Origin: Podarcis vaucheri
Taxonomy: Eukaryota
Length of the DNA stretch: 64,000 nucleotides
Direction: 5' to 3' (one strand)
Assembly: GCA_965113315.1 (NCBI GenBank)
Contig: OZ220368.1
The position numbers and the translations under genes are program-made. The notes beneath the pieces are model-generated. The model was not told the DNA's origin. It did no database searches and was given only the letters and a program-made list of their open reading frames with translations. Positions within the stretch are counted from its first letter, which is position 1. Each line of letters begins with the position of its first letter. Shown here piece by piece: positions 38,124 through 52,204 of this stretch.

Positions 38124-38635
38124 TGATGGTGATCTCTCTGTCTGTTTGTCTCTGTCTTCAGGATGCAAGCAATCATGCACAGAAACACATCTACATATAA
38201 GCCCTATTCAGGCACTCAGTCTCATGCGTAAATAGACACATAAGAATTAGGGGGTGCTGCTATGTCCCACCTTCTCCGGGGAATAATCTCTGCACATTTA
38301 GAATATGAGGGTGAAGATCCAAAGTAGGGAGTTTCCTCTATTCACTGAGACTCTCAGCATCTAGTGCAGAGCTTTAAATCACACAGAAAGGCTCCGCCAG
38401 TGGAGGAGGTTTCCCACTTCAGCCCTTCACCTTCAAACTCATGGAGGGTTCTAAATTGTGTAGAGATGACACCCCGGCTTGGTAGCACACTTCCATTCTT
38501 CCTCTTGTGTTTGTTTGCCCACCAAAAGCCCAAATGGAGCTGTAGATATCTGTGAATGAGTGCTAGACAAAAAAGAAGCTTAAAATTGCTTCGTTGAACA
38601 TTCAGCAGTGACATATTTGCATTTCAAACAAGTTA

Positions 38636-38880
38636 CAGCCATACCTTGGGCTACGAACGCTGCGGGTTGCGCATTTTCTGGTTGCGGACCGCGCCGAACC
38701 CAGAAGTACTGGAACAGGTTACTTCTGGGTTTCAGCGCTTGTGCATGTGCAGAAGCACAAAATGACATCACTTGCATGCACAGAAGTGCTGAATCGCGGC
38801 GCGTGTGTGCACAGATGCGGCGCTGCGGGTTGCGAACGTGCCTCCCACACGGATCACGTTTGCAACCCAAGGTATGACAG
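38636..38880. mobile_element. pogo/Tigger-like MITE (third family)
   Basis: TA|CAGCCATACCTTGGG...CCCAAGGTATGACAG|TA; imperfect ~24-bp TIRs; CpG-rich interior. Confidence 0.85.
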
Positions 38881-39856
38881 TACTGAGAGAGCAGTTGACC
38901 ATTCTAAGAAAGCTGAGGAAGTATTCCCCCCCCACACAGCCCAAAGGGCCCACGTGGTTGGGGGGGGGAGGCCAAAGGCCCCAGGCCTACCTTATCCACT
39001 GAGGAAGTCCAGCGATGTCCTCTCTGTAGAAGCTCTGGAGCCAACTGATGCTTCGCAGGTAAGATTCAGCTTCTGTTGTGTGGGCAGGTGTTTGGGGATA
39101 TGTACAATTTGCTTTGTATATCCTTGTATATCCTGAAGTTTTCTCTTGCTTCTTATACCCCAAAATTGGATCCCTCCACTTACTGGAAATCATTCCAAAT
39201 TGGAAGGATGGTGGCTATTTAAATAAAATGTATTGAACAGGCATGTGGGCACTGATATGTCTTTGGTGGCTTTCTGGCAGCAATTGGTTCATATTTTTGT
39301 TGGGTTTAATTACTGATGTTTGTTGACTACCTTTTAGCATACTTGTTTTTATGTTTGGTTCTTGTTTTGGATTTTTATTGTTGTTAGTCACTTTGGGAAT
39401 TTTCCATCTGAAGCAACATAAGTAAACAAAACAAGCAAACAAATAATGTGCTTTTTAAAAGTTTTTTTCATTCATTCCAGCAGGGGTAGCCTTGACACCA
39501 AAAGGTACAGAACATCATTTTTTCACTAACTTAAGGGAGTGTGGGATCTGAATGATCATATGACAATTCATACCTCTTTTCATCTGTGGTCTACCTGGAA
39601 CAAGAAATTGTAGGAGAGTGAAACAAGTTTTGTGATTGTGTGTATATGGGGAATGTCTTTCCCTAACCTGAAAAAGAACTGATGCTCAGTGGTGAATTGA
39701 GGGAAGTAATAATTATTCTTACTTATATTCATTTTATCTGTTCAAAATATTTATTTATCACTTTTCTGTTTAAAATATCCAAAGTAGTGTTCAGTTCTGT
39801 TAATTGATTTTGTGGGAACTTGCAGATTCTGGCTTCACACAATTAACTCAAGGCAG

Positions 39857-40209
39857 TGTCAATTTACTCTTGGCAGAAAGCCAAGGTCTGCTTGACCTAG
39901 AAACTACTTACTCCGATTGGTTAACGACCAGCACTCAACTCTGTTATCTAGGAATGCTAGCACAGTTTGGGGTGTGGTGTGTTAGGAGTTAGAAGTGCTG
40001 TGTATGGTTAAGAGAGAGAAAGAAAGAAAGGATTTATTTTGCTTTGTTTGTATGCAGAAACTCTGCTGGTTTTATTTTTCCTTTTAATAAATCCTGTAAA
40101 TAGTTATTCTGAGTCTAGCTGACTAGTCATTACCACCTCAACTAGCTTCTTCGCTGTGCAGGAAAACTCTGCTACGTTTGGGCTAAAGCCAGTAGGGCTA
40201 TGCCTGACA
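39857..40209 (+). mobile_element. Possible solo LTR
   Basis: TGTCA...TGACA termini; internal ATTGG and AATAAA (~40086) followed by U5-like sequence; no clear TSD. Confidence 0.45.
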
Positions 40210-42949
40210 CTTCAAAGTTCCATGAAGTAGTTTATAACTTCAATATGAAAAAATGGGAAATGCAGCACTATAACAACACACAGGGCAGAACAAACAAGCA
40301 ACAAGTATCAGAAGCAGATAAAAAAGCTGAATTAAAGTAGGTTGCTAAAAACACAGAAGAATAAAAAAAACCCCTTACAATTAGCCAATAGAGCAATTTG
40401 ATTCTAAAATAAATAATAAATATATTAATAAATAAAATAAAATAAATAATAAAAAGCCTATCAGCATTTGCAACCCCACCTTTGAGGGGTCCAAACTCAC
40501 AAATTACATTACATTCAAACCCAGATGCAAGATGTCTTCTAACACCAGAGAGATAATGTCTAAGATAAGAGTTTCCTTTCTGTACAAAAGCCAGAACTGG
40601 ATTTAGATAAAATATTACTTTGTTTCCACAGAATTTTCTGTAATATTTCATAATTCTGGTTTGGGTGGTTAGCATGAACTTTGAATGTTTTTTGACATCC
40701 AAAGGCATGGGAAATCCTACATATCAGTTGGGTAATTTGCCTTTTCCAGCACTGCACATACCGGAGGACGCTTGGAGTTTGGGGGCTGCAGGGGCACCCC
40801 AGGGCGTTTTACAACATCCCTGACTGTGAGGTTCGTAGGACTATCTCAAATATTTACTGTTCACCATCTTGATGAAATATTTTGGCTTCTCACGAAGTTG
40901 GTGGATATTTGTATAATGTCTTGGGTTCTGACTTCACCAACATAGTGGTTTTCTTCCCTTAAATTTGCTGTGAATCGCCTTGCATTTTATCAGCTTCTCA
41001 GGATGTTCATATGCAATGCTCATTTTGTATCTATTTGTGGTTTGGAGCAGAGAGGGAAGCAGACGAAGTTCATGCTTGATGTTTGACTTTTTATTTGCTT
41101 CTCTTTGAGTTTGTTCTCTTAATGGACTTCCATAGTGCACTGACATCTTCTTTACCATTAGTTTATCGGGTAATTTTAGAAATGAATTTGGAGGCTTGTC
41201 TGTGGATAGCCTTTTGGAAAACAGTGATTCCATCTTCCCTAAATCATTGGGGTGACTCATGCTAAGCACTGAGTCATTTTTATTGAAGTACTAGATGATT
41301 ATTAATTGTCTATTCGGAAGAAGTCATGTTCTGATCGTCAATCTTGGAATGTTATTTTTAGTGATTGAATCATCTGTATTAGATAGAAATTTGAACATAC
41401 AGGTGATATTATAAATTCACGGAAACACGTCTTCTTTGCAGAGTTTCTAGCTAACAACTAAAAAAGCAAAATATTCAATCAAATGACATTTAGTGCTTGT
41501 TTGGGTCACTGTGACTCTTCATAGAAAATAACAAATGTGGAGTGGCAATAGTGCACAGAGTGCTTTGCCATGATGTCAATAGATGTGTCTTCTGAAATCC
41601 TCCATATACCTCAGATCCATCCTGTTATGATACAAGTGCACCGTAGCCCTTTTCTACCATTTATTTCCTTTCGGGGGGGTTAGGTTGCTGCCAAAATCAC
41701 AGTCAGCCATGCTGTGCATTTCTTTAGATTGTTGCTGGATTGTCTGGGAAATGTTGATGTTTTCTATTTAGATGAGTTAGACATGGCCTTGAAAGAAAAT
41801 CTGATAGAATTCAGATTAATAAATGAGAAGGACAAATAGAATCAAAGCACAGTTGAAAGTGTTTGGTGTACCAGACCACACTAGAAAGAATCCTCCTGGC
41901 CTATTCTGATATTCTCGTTAGCAGGGTCTGTAGGCCTCTGTGAGATTTTCAGCCCTTTAGATACTGCTCTGAAAGTCTTAGCGGTGCTATGCTCAAAGAA
42001 GCAAAGTCTCCCTCCTTTCCTGATCACAGTCATTTTCTCCACTGAAGAACACCATAGGGGGAGTCCTTGGGAGAAAGTCTGTTGCAGTCTCTTGTCAAGT
42101 GTGGAGAGGGCTTGGCAGTTTCCACCATAGTCTCTCTATTAAGCATTGTAGTACAGCATTTTGAAAGTGACATTGATTAGGGTAGTTAAAAGACAGGAGA
42201 CTGAAGGCCTCGATTAGCCTCCTTATTCTCCAATTTGATTCCCTCGGATTTTGAGACCTGGGCAACAGGAATAAACATTTAAAAATATGTATGTCACTTT
42301 GACTGTTATCTTAGAGAACACCTTTTCCACATGTTCCTTGTGATTTAAAATAATCTGATGAAACAGCTCTTCAGGTGACACTCTTATCAGTTGTGAGGCT
42401 CTCTGAACTATGAACATGGCTTTTTCCAACAGTGGCACTCTTTTCAAGTGAGATCTGTCCAACCCAATCATAACTTTTAAATGACACAGGGGACCTGCAA
42501 CAAATGTTGCTGTGTGAAGTGCTCTATTTCAGTTTACTAAACAGCCAGGAAACTTGTCTCCTGTTATCCCTATACCAAGAATACTCAATTCCAGTCCCCA
42601 CCAATGCACTGAGCTGATTTGGAAGGTCTACCTGCCCCCCTCGCCCCTGCCAAAAAAATGAGTTATGCTTCTTCAAACCTGGGGGTTCTTTAAGTTTACT
42701 GACACCTCCCTTGTTTGTGTATGCCACCATTTTGGCTACGTTAAGATTAGTGCTTGGAGAATGAGCTCACTATTTGTGAACCTGGAGCTGGTCTAGAAAG
42801 ACGAGGTGAGGAATCTCACCAGACAGTTTCCCAGTCAGCTGCAGTGATAACGTAAAAGAGCAGTTGCCCAGCAGGACCAGAGGATACAATTTAGAAGCAT
42901 AAAGAGGAAGAGGTGATATAATCATTCCTGAAGAAAATGCCTGGGTAGC

Positions 42950-42954
<5 letters not shown>

Positions 42955-42980
<26 letters not shown>
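42955..42980. repeat. (TG)13 microsatellite
   Basis: Read directly from the sequence. Confidence 0.97.
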
Positions 42981-43039
42981 GCCTGCTAGGATCTGACAAC
43001 ATAAAGATGGGATGATGGGATTCTGGTGATAGATGTCTT

Positions 43040-43240
43040 ATTAATTTATTAATTAATGCACTGCATTTATAGTCCACCTTTTCTCCAAGGAGCTCAAGGT
43101 GTACATGGTCTTCCCCTTTTCTCATTCAGTCTCCACAACCGCCCTGTGAGGCTGGTTAGCCTGAGAGACAGTGGCTGGCCCAAGGTCACCCAGTGAGCTT
43201 CATGGCTGAAGGAGAATTTGAATCCTGGTCCCCCAGTTCC
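43040..43240 (-). mobile_element. Older Squam3/MIR-like SINE
   Basis: 'ccaaggagctcaagg...ccctgtgagg...ctgagagacagtggctggcccaaggtcacccagtgagcttcatggctg...atttgaatcc'; (TTTA)-like tail at left. Confidence 0.75.
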
Positions 43241-46200
43241 CCATTGTGTTAGAGGTCACCCTGAATAGTTCAAACCTGTATGATATGGATGACAGTTAGA
43301 CATCACTCTGTCTAAGCCTGTGTCAAAGAAACCCAGAGCCAGCTTTTTATAGATAAAAAAAAAGCAGTGCAATATAATGCTTACAAAGAATCTGACTCAC
43401 CAGGGTACTGGACTCTTTTGGCAACCATAAATGGCCCAGTGAAACTGTTGCAGCTACCACTTCCTTCTTTAGTGGCTTTTTATCCAACTGCTAAAACAAA
43501 CAAACAAACAAACAAAATTGTTGGGCTGAGTGAGGAGGCCCATGGTACAGAGACCCCTTGTATGCCCCCTTGGCAAGTGTCACAGTGGCCTCTAGTGGCT
43601 GCAAGGAACAACTGCAAAGTTGAGAACAGAGTGCTTTGTAAATGCTACTCTGCCATATAAAATCAGAATTATGAGCAGGCTTGATTTGCCCAGTTTCAGA
43701 ATGTCATTTGGAAGCATGTTTTGGCTTAAAGAGAAAATAAAATTTGAAAATAACACATGAGAAAATATTAAGATGAAAATTTGTTTTTACAAAAGTTATT
43801 CAAGTTTTTCAAACAGGTCCGAGTGTGGGTAGCATCTAGCATATACAAATATATTTTTAATCTGATTTGCTGTAGATCAGGGGTAGTAGCACAATACTCT
43901 CATAGTGGCCACTAAAACTGCACAAAGAGCTAGTCAAAAGCAGCCAATACTCATATTTTACAGGAAAGGTACACTGAGGTTAAAGACATAAGTGATTAGG
44001 ACAGGGCCAGCCATGGCAGAGATCTTTCTATTTTACTTGCTATAGTTAAACTATTGGGAGTAGGAGAACCCTGCCAATCTACTGCAAACCACTCAGAGAT
44101 TATTTTTTATTTATTTTAAAAACTTATACCCTGCTTCCCCCCCCCCCCCCCACATTTGAGATCTGCCAGTAGCTTCCGAATCTGCCGTCCCTGGATATAC
44201 TTAATAAGGATAACATTGTTTTAGTAATGTGAATTTTTAATGTACAAGTATTTTTTTAAAAAAAGATCACAGTGTGCTATCAAAAGATAGTAAGAATTAA
44301 AAACTATATAAATGAGCACCAGTGTTTTGTAGATTACTGGAAGAAATCCACAGGAATTCACTATATAACAGAATAATCCATGGACTTAATGATTAGCCAC
44401 TGACTGCTCAGATAAGACATCTTTGTGATCATGGGCACCCACTTCACAGTTTTTGAGGTGTGTTGTGGAAGGGACTGGCACCCATGCCCATTATAAAACA
44501 ATAGCTGCTGCCTCCCACTTGAGCTCATATAGGTGAAACATTGCCAGGAGAGAGACAGACAGAGACAGAGAGGGTCAGGGATGTGAGGGTGAGACCCCAA
44601 ATAAGAGCAGATTGTGTATACTGGAATGTACCAGCCTTAACATTGCTGCAGGCTTCTGGTATTTGTGTTGTTCCATATTCCTTGTGGTTCAATTGCTTTG
44701 CCTCTCGGTATGTTGTGCATCAGTTCTAATAGGACTCGATGAAGGCAGATGCTAGTTTTTAAAAATTCAAATCCTTCCATGCATCCACGTGCTTCTGTGT
44801 TGAGATATTATCTCCTGTTTTCCTTAGGATGCAAGTATTGTTGTAAATTGTATTTTCTTCCGTCTTTCCTAGATGGTTATATCTGTGGCCAAAATAGATG
44901 GACATTTCTATTAGTGTCTATTGTTAGAAAGTCACAAGGCCTCCACATGACAATGATTGTGTCTGAGCTGTCCTTGAAGGTTGATTGGATTTTGAAATAA
45001 AATTCATTCATGTGGCTTCCAAACAAAAGAGCAGCCTTCTCTTTTTGTTGGGTGGGGGGCAAAACAAAGTAGGAAAGCACTGCATGTGTGTGCACATATA
45101 CAGAATATATAGTGTATACAGGGATGTGAGAAATATCTTTATTTTTTTCTTTATCTGTAATATACGGCTAATAGGTTTCCCTCAATGTAAACATCAGCAT
45201 ATATATTTGCAACTCAACAGAGTATTCTATCTGAGTTATAATTTTAAAATTAGTGGTTGGAGGGAGAGATAAGCACCATCAATAAATTAAACTGTAACCC
45301 AGCAGTTTAGTCATGAAAGGTTAAAATAAACTTGCTTGATTGATTATGAATTTTAAACAGTTTTTCTTCATGGTAATCAGTGCTCCACCAATGTCATTTC
45401 TCATTAAAGAAAAGATTTTCATTCCAACATTTGATTGAGGATGTTATTTCTCATTTGCATTTTGCTTTCTACCGAGTAAGCATCTTGCCTTCAGAATTAT
45501 TAGGTCCCCCCCCCCCGCTCCGCTTTCCTTCATCTGGCTATAAAAACCATACACTAGGAGAGAGAGCAGTGATTTAGAGGGACAGTACATAAAGATTAAA
45601 TGAAGATATTGACTGCTGGGTCCTAATGCAAATAGTTGCTGCCTGATGGACTGCCTTTGACAGGATGATGGAAAGGGGCCTTGTGGCCTACTTAGCTGCC
45701 CTTCTAATTGGCCTTTATGAATATTTAATGAAATCAAGATGAAATTCAATCAGAGCTTTTACCTGCTGGATCTTCGCGTAAAAGCAGCCTATTATTAGAT
45801 TCATCCCCCCCCCCACCGCAAGCCTTTCCACTTCCATACAATAAAACTGTTCCGAAATGTCTTTGTGTTAGTGAGCTGGCTGAGAAGGGCTTCTGATGCA
45901 GAGACTTGGTTTCTTATGATGGAATTTTGCCTTTGTTTATCAGGGGAAAGGAGTGTGCCTACCACTGCCACATCCACACACATTTGCATGTATTGGTGGC
46001 ACGTTATGAACAACATAATAGAGATGGTTATGTGGCCTTAGCCTGCTTAATGTCATTTAAGAAAGCTGTCTTTACCAAACAGTAAGTCTGGTGTGATTGT
46101 GAAGATCTTTTCGGCACCCACAGCCACCTAAGCGTGCTTCAGGCGAACCTTATAATATTTCGTGTTTTCAATCATGTTGGTTGGCTTATGATGAGGTCTA

Positions 46201-49116
46201 TTCAAGAATTTGCCACCCCCCAAAAAAAAATATAATCTGGGTTGTATCCATGCCCTGATGCTTTCACAACAACAGGGCCTGATATACAGTAGTAGCCTTT
46301 TACATCCATTTAAATGTAGATAGGGTGGGGGTCTACTTACTCCCTGGCAGAATGCTGCAAAAGGTTTCCATTGAAGGATAATGGACAGATTAATCTATAA
46401 GTGGCAAATTCAGCAGCAAAGGTTTCTTCTTCCTTAATGTTGTCCATTTTATCTTTCTCTCCCAAGATAAGCTGTTTATTTACACTATATTCCTTTTATG
46501 TTTGCCTGATATTCTTTTTTGGTCTACAAAGGGGTTTGGAATTTAGAGATAAATTGCAGCATGTTATTATTAAGCAGTGCATGAGTAAAACCTTCACATT
46601 ACTGCCTGAACCAGGAGAATTCTGTGCCATTTTAAAGGTTTGATTTATTTCCTTTTAAAATTTTCTGTGTAGTTGTCAGTAAGTATCCCATAGGTCTTTA
46701 GCACTACATCTGAAGCAGTTTGGATCAAGTCTCATCTGATCATTGTAGCCACCCTTGGTTATGGGCAGTTTATGATTATCCACGAAATGCCAGCGTAGAA
46801 CTGGTGGCTCCTTTCAATCATACAACACTTGTACGTATGTACCTGGGAACATGTGTTTGGGAACCTTGGCCCAGTTGGCTTCTCCAAATTCATGCATAAT
46901 TGTACCACATAAGATGTGTTTCCTGCAGAAATCATGGCTCACTAAGCTGGTTGCTCATTAGTTCTTCAAGAATTTTCTTTTTTAATTTCCAGGGAGACAC
47001 TGTATAGCCAATTTTTTAAAAAGGGTGGCACCTGGGTTTTGGTTCCTCTTGCTTTCTTGTTTTCCCAATCTTAAATTCAGTTTGTCACTTTTCCACATCA
47101 GTTTGTGATTCTTCTTAAGTCCTCATGAAAAATAATCACATTTCTCCTAATACACACATTTTATATGCAATTTTGCCTAATCTACAGAAGTTTGTAAGCT
47201 GGGAGGGAGAGGTCAGTAGAAGATTGGTGGGGAGGGGCATGCTGTTAATTTTGTAGGGACACATTCCAAAAGCATTTTCAGCAAATTGACTGTTGTGATA
47301 CACAAAAACCCAAAGCAGCTGCGCTTTGATGAGCATCAGACTAATTTTTCCACCGGTGCTGATGCCCCATAAGCCCAGAGTTCATTTCCTACTACCAATA
47401 TGTTTTATGATTCTCAAGTGGAACACAAGTATCATTCTTCTTTCTCCCAGAGCACATAAATAGGCCAAGACCAATACTAACACAAGCTTGTTGCTGCCCT
47501 TGCTCTGCACTAGATTTATTGGCGTCATATCTTTCAAAATAATGGAAGGTGGCACAAAGCTGCCCTTTCTATCTGCTGCTGTATGAAACTTCTTTCCTGT
47601 GTTTGCCTTCCTATTTTTAATCCCTTATCAGCTCAATTGGGAGGAAGAACACTGAAGAAAATATAGAATCCCATAGACAGCACTGGGATGGAGAGTCGAT
47701 TAAATGCCCTTCATCTATAGTCGATACTATTGACATTTTGTCTAAAGCTATCACAACTCCAATTCTCTGCCTCCTTCCCAAGCTAAATCCTCATTTAATT
47801 TTTCAAATGCACCCGTGGATCCAGCACTATAACACATTCTGATATTCTGTCCCAAAGGATTCATATTGTGAGTGAGTGAGAGTGCTGCCATTAATTGTCT
47901 TGGAGAATTATAATCCTGTTTTCAGAGTGCTATTCCAGGTGAATGGAAAAGACTCCTTTGGAGGTCTGACTTCAATGTATTTAAAATATTAATTATAGTA
48001 CTATATACCAGCCAGGCAGAAGGAAGTGTGGAGGAGCCCTCAGTTTGGCGCCACATTAACGCCACCCACTACTGTAAGACTGCTACACATACTTATGTGA
48101 GAGTAAGTCTCACTGAACTCAGCAGGGCTTATTTCTGGGTAGGAATTTGTTTATCTTTAAACTATTTGCTTTTGATATTTCTGTATCATAAATTTTCTCA
48201 ATGTCCTGAGCTAACTAGATTTTTGCCATTTTTCACATCTCTACTATATTAGGATTATACACCTCCACCCCAAATCACACTATCATCCACATAATAGTTG
48301 GGATAATTATATTGTTATGGAGTTCTCATCAGTAATATCAAATGTACAGGTATTTGAATTACTGGTGTTTAAGATATATATATATTGAATTCTACTCTAA
48401 ATAGTGGGATGGAATAAAAGAAAAATAATAATTATATGAACTTCCATTGAATGCAATTTTTCTGTATGGCAGTCTTCCCTTTTCCTTTATACATCCTTAA
48501 CTGGTTTGTTTGCTTATTTTTTTGGCTTTTCCCGTAACACTTGTTTTCTTAGGGTGGGGCAAGTGAAAAATGAATGGCATCCTCTTTATTGCTCAAGAGA
48601 TTCACATGTCTGATCTTTTCAAGAATTCAATAGCATCTTCTCCAGCCAAATAAGACCTATGAAGGAAGCAGAAGAAAACCGTCAAATCCTATTTCTTCAC
48701 ATAGAGCTTCAAAGTTGCCCTGACAAATCCATAACTACATCTTGGTATCCAAAGGACACAACATCAGACAGGATATGTTGTTTTTATCTGTTCAGGCAGT
48801 ATCCGATTAGAGCCTGGTGGATGACTTCATTAAATAGATGGAACTTTCCCCCCTCCCCCTCCCCTCAAAAATAGCTCGAGCAACATGAAAGGTTTGGCTT
48901 AAGCCTATAAAGGCAAAGAAATTTGGGCATAAATGTGATAGGCTGTCCTTGACAAACGGAACTTTGATTCTAGGGGCTTCTGCTTGTAGCTATTATCTGA
49001 TGACCAAGCGAGGCATCAACCAAATACGTGGTTAGAATCCCATGCAGTTAGAAAATAACTGATCAGTAGGGAAGAGGACAATTGAATCAAGTCTATTGTC
49101 CCCTTAGATGGCAAAT

Positions 49117-49395
49117 AGTAGGAAGAGCCTACTGAATGGTTCACCTAGGCCAGCCTCCTGTTTTCTCATTGGCCAACCAGGTGCCTATGGAAAGCATGCA
49201 AGAAGGACATGAATTCATCAGTACTCTTCCCTCCTGTGGTTTCCAGCAACTGGTACTCAGATGCATAAAGCCTAGCAGAAGATACTGAACCATTAACAAC
49301 AAGCTTATTCTCTGTGAAGGTATCTCAACCCCTAAGCTCCTTTAGCAAATGTCTGGCTCTTGGATCCATGGATTTGATTAATTGTGTCCAGTTTA
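49117..49395 (-). mobile_element. Old CR1-type 3' fragment
   Basis: 'taggaagagcctactg...cagcctcctgttttctcattggccaaccag...ttccagcaactggtactcag'; similar to 12560 and 52915. Confidence 0.6.
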
Positions 49396-50140
49396 CTCTC
49401 TGTATTTCAGTAACCATACAGGAGTTCAGAGCAGAATATTTCTGTTCTGATCATTGGATTTCATTTTGACAGTCAATCATAAACAGAATTGTTTTGCTGC
49501 CTGGAGATAGAGAGTGAAAAATGAAGCGACGCCCACAGAAAATCAAAGATTGATGAACTGGACCCTAATAGTCACAACTATTATTGTCAGATTAATTTAA
49601 GGAGAGCTTTTCTCTTGTCTGAAAGGTGTGCACATCAAGGACTAATTTGTTAAAATGTATAGGTGACAAGCTCTGAGGCTTGTAACTGAATTTAACTTTT
49701 GATAAATATTTTGCAATTGTTACTAAGGCAACTTTTCATCAGCTCTAACACTGTTAGTCTGAGATTCTCTGCTCAACAACACAGAGACACCAGTCAATGT
49801 ATGTGCCATTCTTGAGATTTATTTGAGATTTATTGAATGCATAATTCTCAGACATATTAGGAATGTAGTTCAGGCAGAGGGCAGTTTGCAATCAAATGCC
49901 ACAGTGTTGGCAGGTAATAAACATTCAAGGAAGGAAAAGAAGTATGCCTGAAGGCACTTATTGTTTCTTTTTAATGCTCTTTTTAGATTATTAGGATGCA
50001 TGTACACTGTTGCCTATCACTAAAAATGTTAATTTACGCTGAAAATGAAGAGTGAAAAGATTTCCCAAGATACTGTCCGGTTGGCAATATATTTTCATTT
50101 TGTTCCAAGGAAAATAAGGATGGTATGTTTTCTGAGGGAA

Positions 50141-50262
50141 GGGGTGGGGAATGTGTAACCCTCCAGATGTTGGACTACAGCTCCCATCATCCCTGACCTC
50201 TGGTCATGCTGATTGGGGTTGATGAGAGTTGGAGTCCAGGAACACCCGGAGTTCATAGGTTC
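50141..50262. mobile_element. Palindromic hAT-like MITE
   Basis: 'ggggtggggaa...ccctccagatgttggactacagctcccatca' is paired with 'tgatgagagttggagtcca'. Confidence 0.7.
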
Positions 50263-50594
50263 TTTAAATTTGTCTTAGAGTAAGCATGTCTTCTGGAGGC
50301 TTTTCAACCAAATGCCAGGCTCAGTGATTCAGTAATATTGACTTGGAGCACAAGGACAGGACAAACAACAGAATGCTGAAGTTTGATTTAAATGTGCTGA
50401 CCCAGTTATAACATGCCCTCCCCAGGGAAGCTCACCTGGTGCTGGCACTATCCCCTTTTCAGTGCCAAGTGAAGATACATTTATTTCCAAGGCATTTGGA
50501 CAGCACTAGCAGCCTGGTTTGGGGTGGTTCTTCTGGTGTTCTTTCCTGTGCTTTGTGGGGATAGATCTTATTCCATATTGTAATCTGGTATTTT

Positions 50595-51025
50595 ATAGTG
50601 ATGTATGGAAGTGAGAGCTGGACAACAAAGAAGGCTGATTGCCAAAGAATTGATGCTTTTGAATTATGGTGCTGGAGGAGACTCTTGAGAGTCCCATGGA
50701 CTGCAAGAAGATCAAATCTATCCATTCTGATGGAAATCAGCCCTGAGTGCTCACTGGAAGGACAGATCCTGAAGCTGAGGCTCCAATACTTTGGCCACGT
50801 CACGAGAAGAGAAGACTCCCTGGAAAAGACCCTGATGTTGGGAAAGATTGAGGGCACAAGGAGAAGGGGACGACAGAGGATGAGATGGTTAGACAGTGTT
50901 CCTGAAGCTACGAACATGAGTTTGACCAAACTGCGGGAGGCAGTGGAAGACAGGAGTGCCTGGTGTGCTCTGGTCCATGGGGTCACGAAGAGTCAGACGC
51001 GACTAAATGACTAAACAACAATAAC
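50595..51025 (+). mobile_element. BovB (RTE) LINE 3' fragment
   Basis: ORF 50598-51014 is the BovB C-terminus; perfect 13-bp TSD AATCTGGTATTTT (50582-50594, 51026-51038); (AAC)-rich tail. Confidence 0.95.
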
Positions 51026-51876
51026 AATCTGGTATTTTTTTCTCTTGTGAAGCACTTTGGGGCTACCTTTGGTTGTGGGAACCCTTCCACAAATTTTATA
51101 AACTCAACTAACTAACCAAAGAAAAGACTTGTAGTTAGTGTGAAACAAAGGCTGTTTGTGAGCTTCAATTAAATTTCCATTGCTTTTTAATGGTTACTCA
51201 TACAGTTTTACAGGGTCATTACTTATGACTAAACTTCCCTTCATTATCCATGCTGTCATGTGTCAGAGCCCACACATCCTTCAGAAAAAAAATAAAAAGA
51301 ACAGAGTAAGGTCAGTTTAAATTGAATGGGTACATATAACAACTTCTTCATCTAGTGTATACATTTCTCTATATAAAGTCTCTTTCTCATCTCCTTGTGA
51401 ATTGTATTTTCCCTCTTCTTTGTTGTTTCTCTTTATATCACCTTTTTATTTTATGAGCACACTACATAGGCTACTTTGTGCTATGCTGAAGGTGTGTGTA
51501 TGGGTATATTTGTTTTGCCAACTTAGGCCTTATATCTGAGCTGAAATAAAGGAATCAGTACCATCTTCCTTATTAACCAACTAAGAAACATCCAATAAAA
51601 AATGTTTTAGCTTGGAAAACTTGTTACCTTTTTATTTAAGAGCTGTTACCAAATTGCACTCATTTGGATACTAAGCTTTGTTTGCTTCTCCAAAGTTTAC
51701 TCCAAAATAGCTGTATAAAACAGTTGGCAATCTAGCTTCATCTTGTTACTTGTTTCTACACAAACTATGTGTCAAAATTGAGAATTCAAGGGAAAAGTTG
51801 ATCTTTCCATCAGGTCAAGCATCTCAGCTTGGCTCTCCTCCCTCTGTGCTTTGTTCTCCTGGTTCTCCCCTGTCCC

Positions 51877-52028
51877 CATAGCTGTCAACTTTTTTGCGGG
51901 AAATTCCCTTATTCCAGTGCTGTTTCCCACTGCTTCTCACTGCTATCCCGGATTGTTAGATATCCCATAGACTGTCCCCGGTGAGGCTTCTGATCCCTTA
52001 TTTTCAAATCTGAAAGTTGACAGCTATG
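51877..52028. mobile_element. Young 152-bp hAT MITE
   Basis: Perfect 16-bp TIRs CATAGCTGTCAACTTT / AAAGTTGACAGCTATG; perfect 8-bp TSD CCTGTCCC (51869-51876, 52029-52036). Confidence 0.93.
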
Positions 52029-52204
52029 CCTGTCCCCATAAGCCTGTTTTGTAGGGAGGAGGGAAAGCCTCATTGATCAAGCAGAAGTGCTTACATAGTC
52101 TCCTACTGATGGGACTCATTTGTTGATGCTCACCCTCTGTTTATTCATCCTGTTCTATTCATCCTTTAGAAAATATCTGAAGGCAGCCCTGTACAATGAA
52201 GTGT

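Noticed and set aside
39030-39058. 29-nt micro-exon with CAG|GTAAGA donor
   Set aside because: Short pyrimidine tract, frame-shifting length and no recognisable peptide; expected by chance
42223-42471. 82-aa helical-looking ORF
   Set aside because: No recognisable homology and poor splice signals; more likely non-coding
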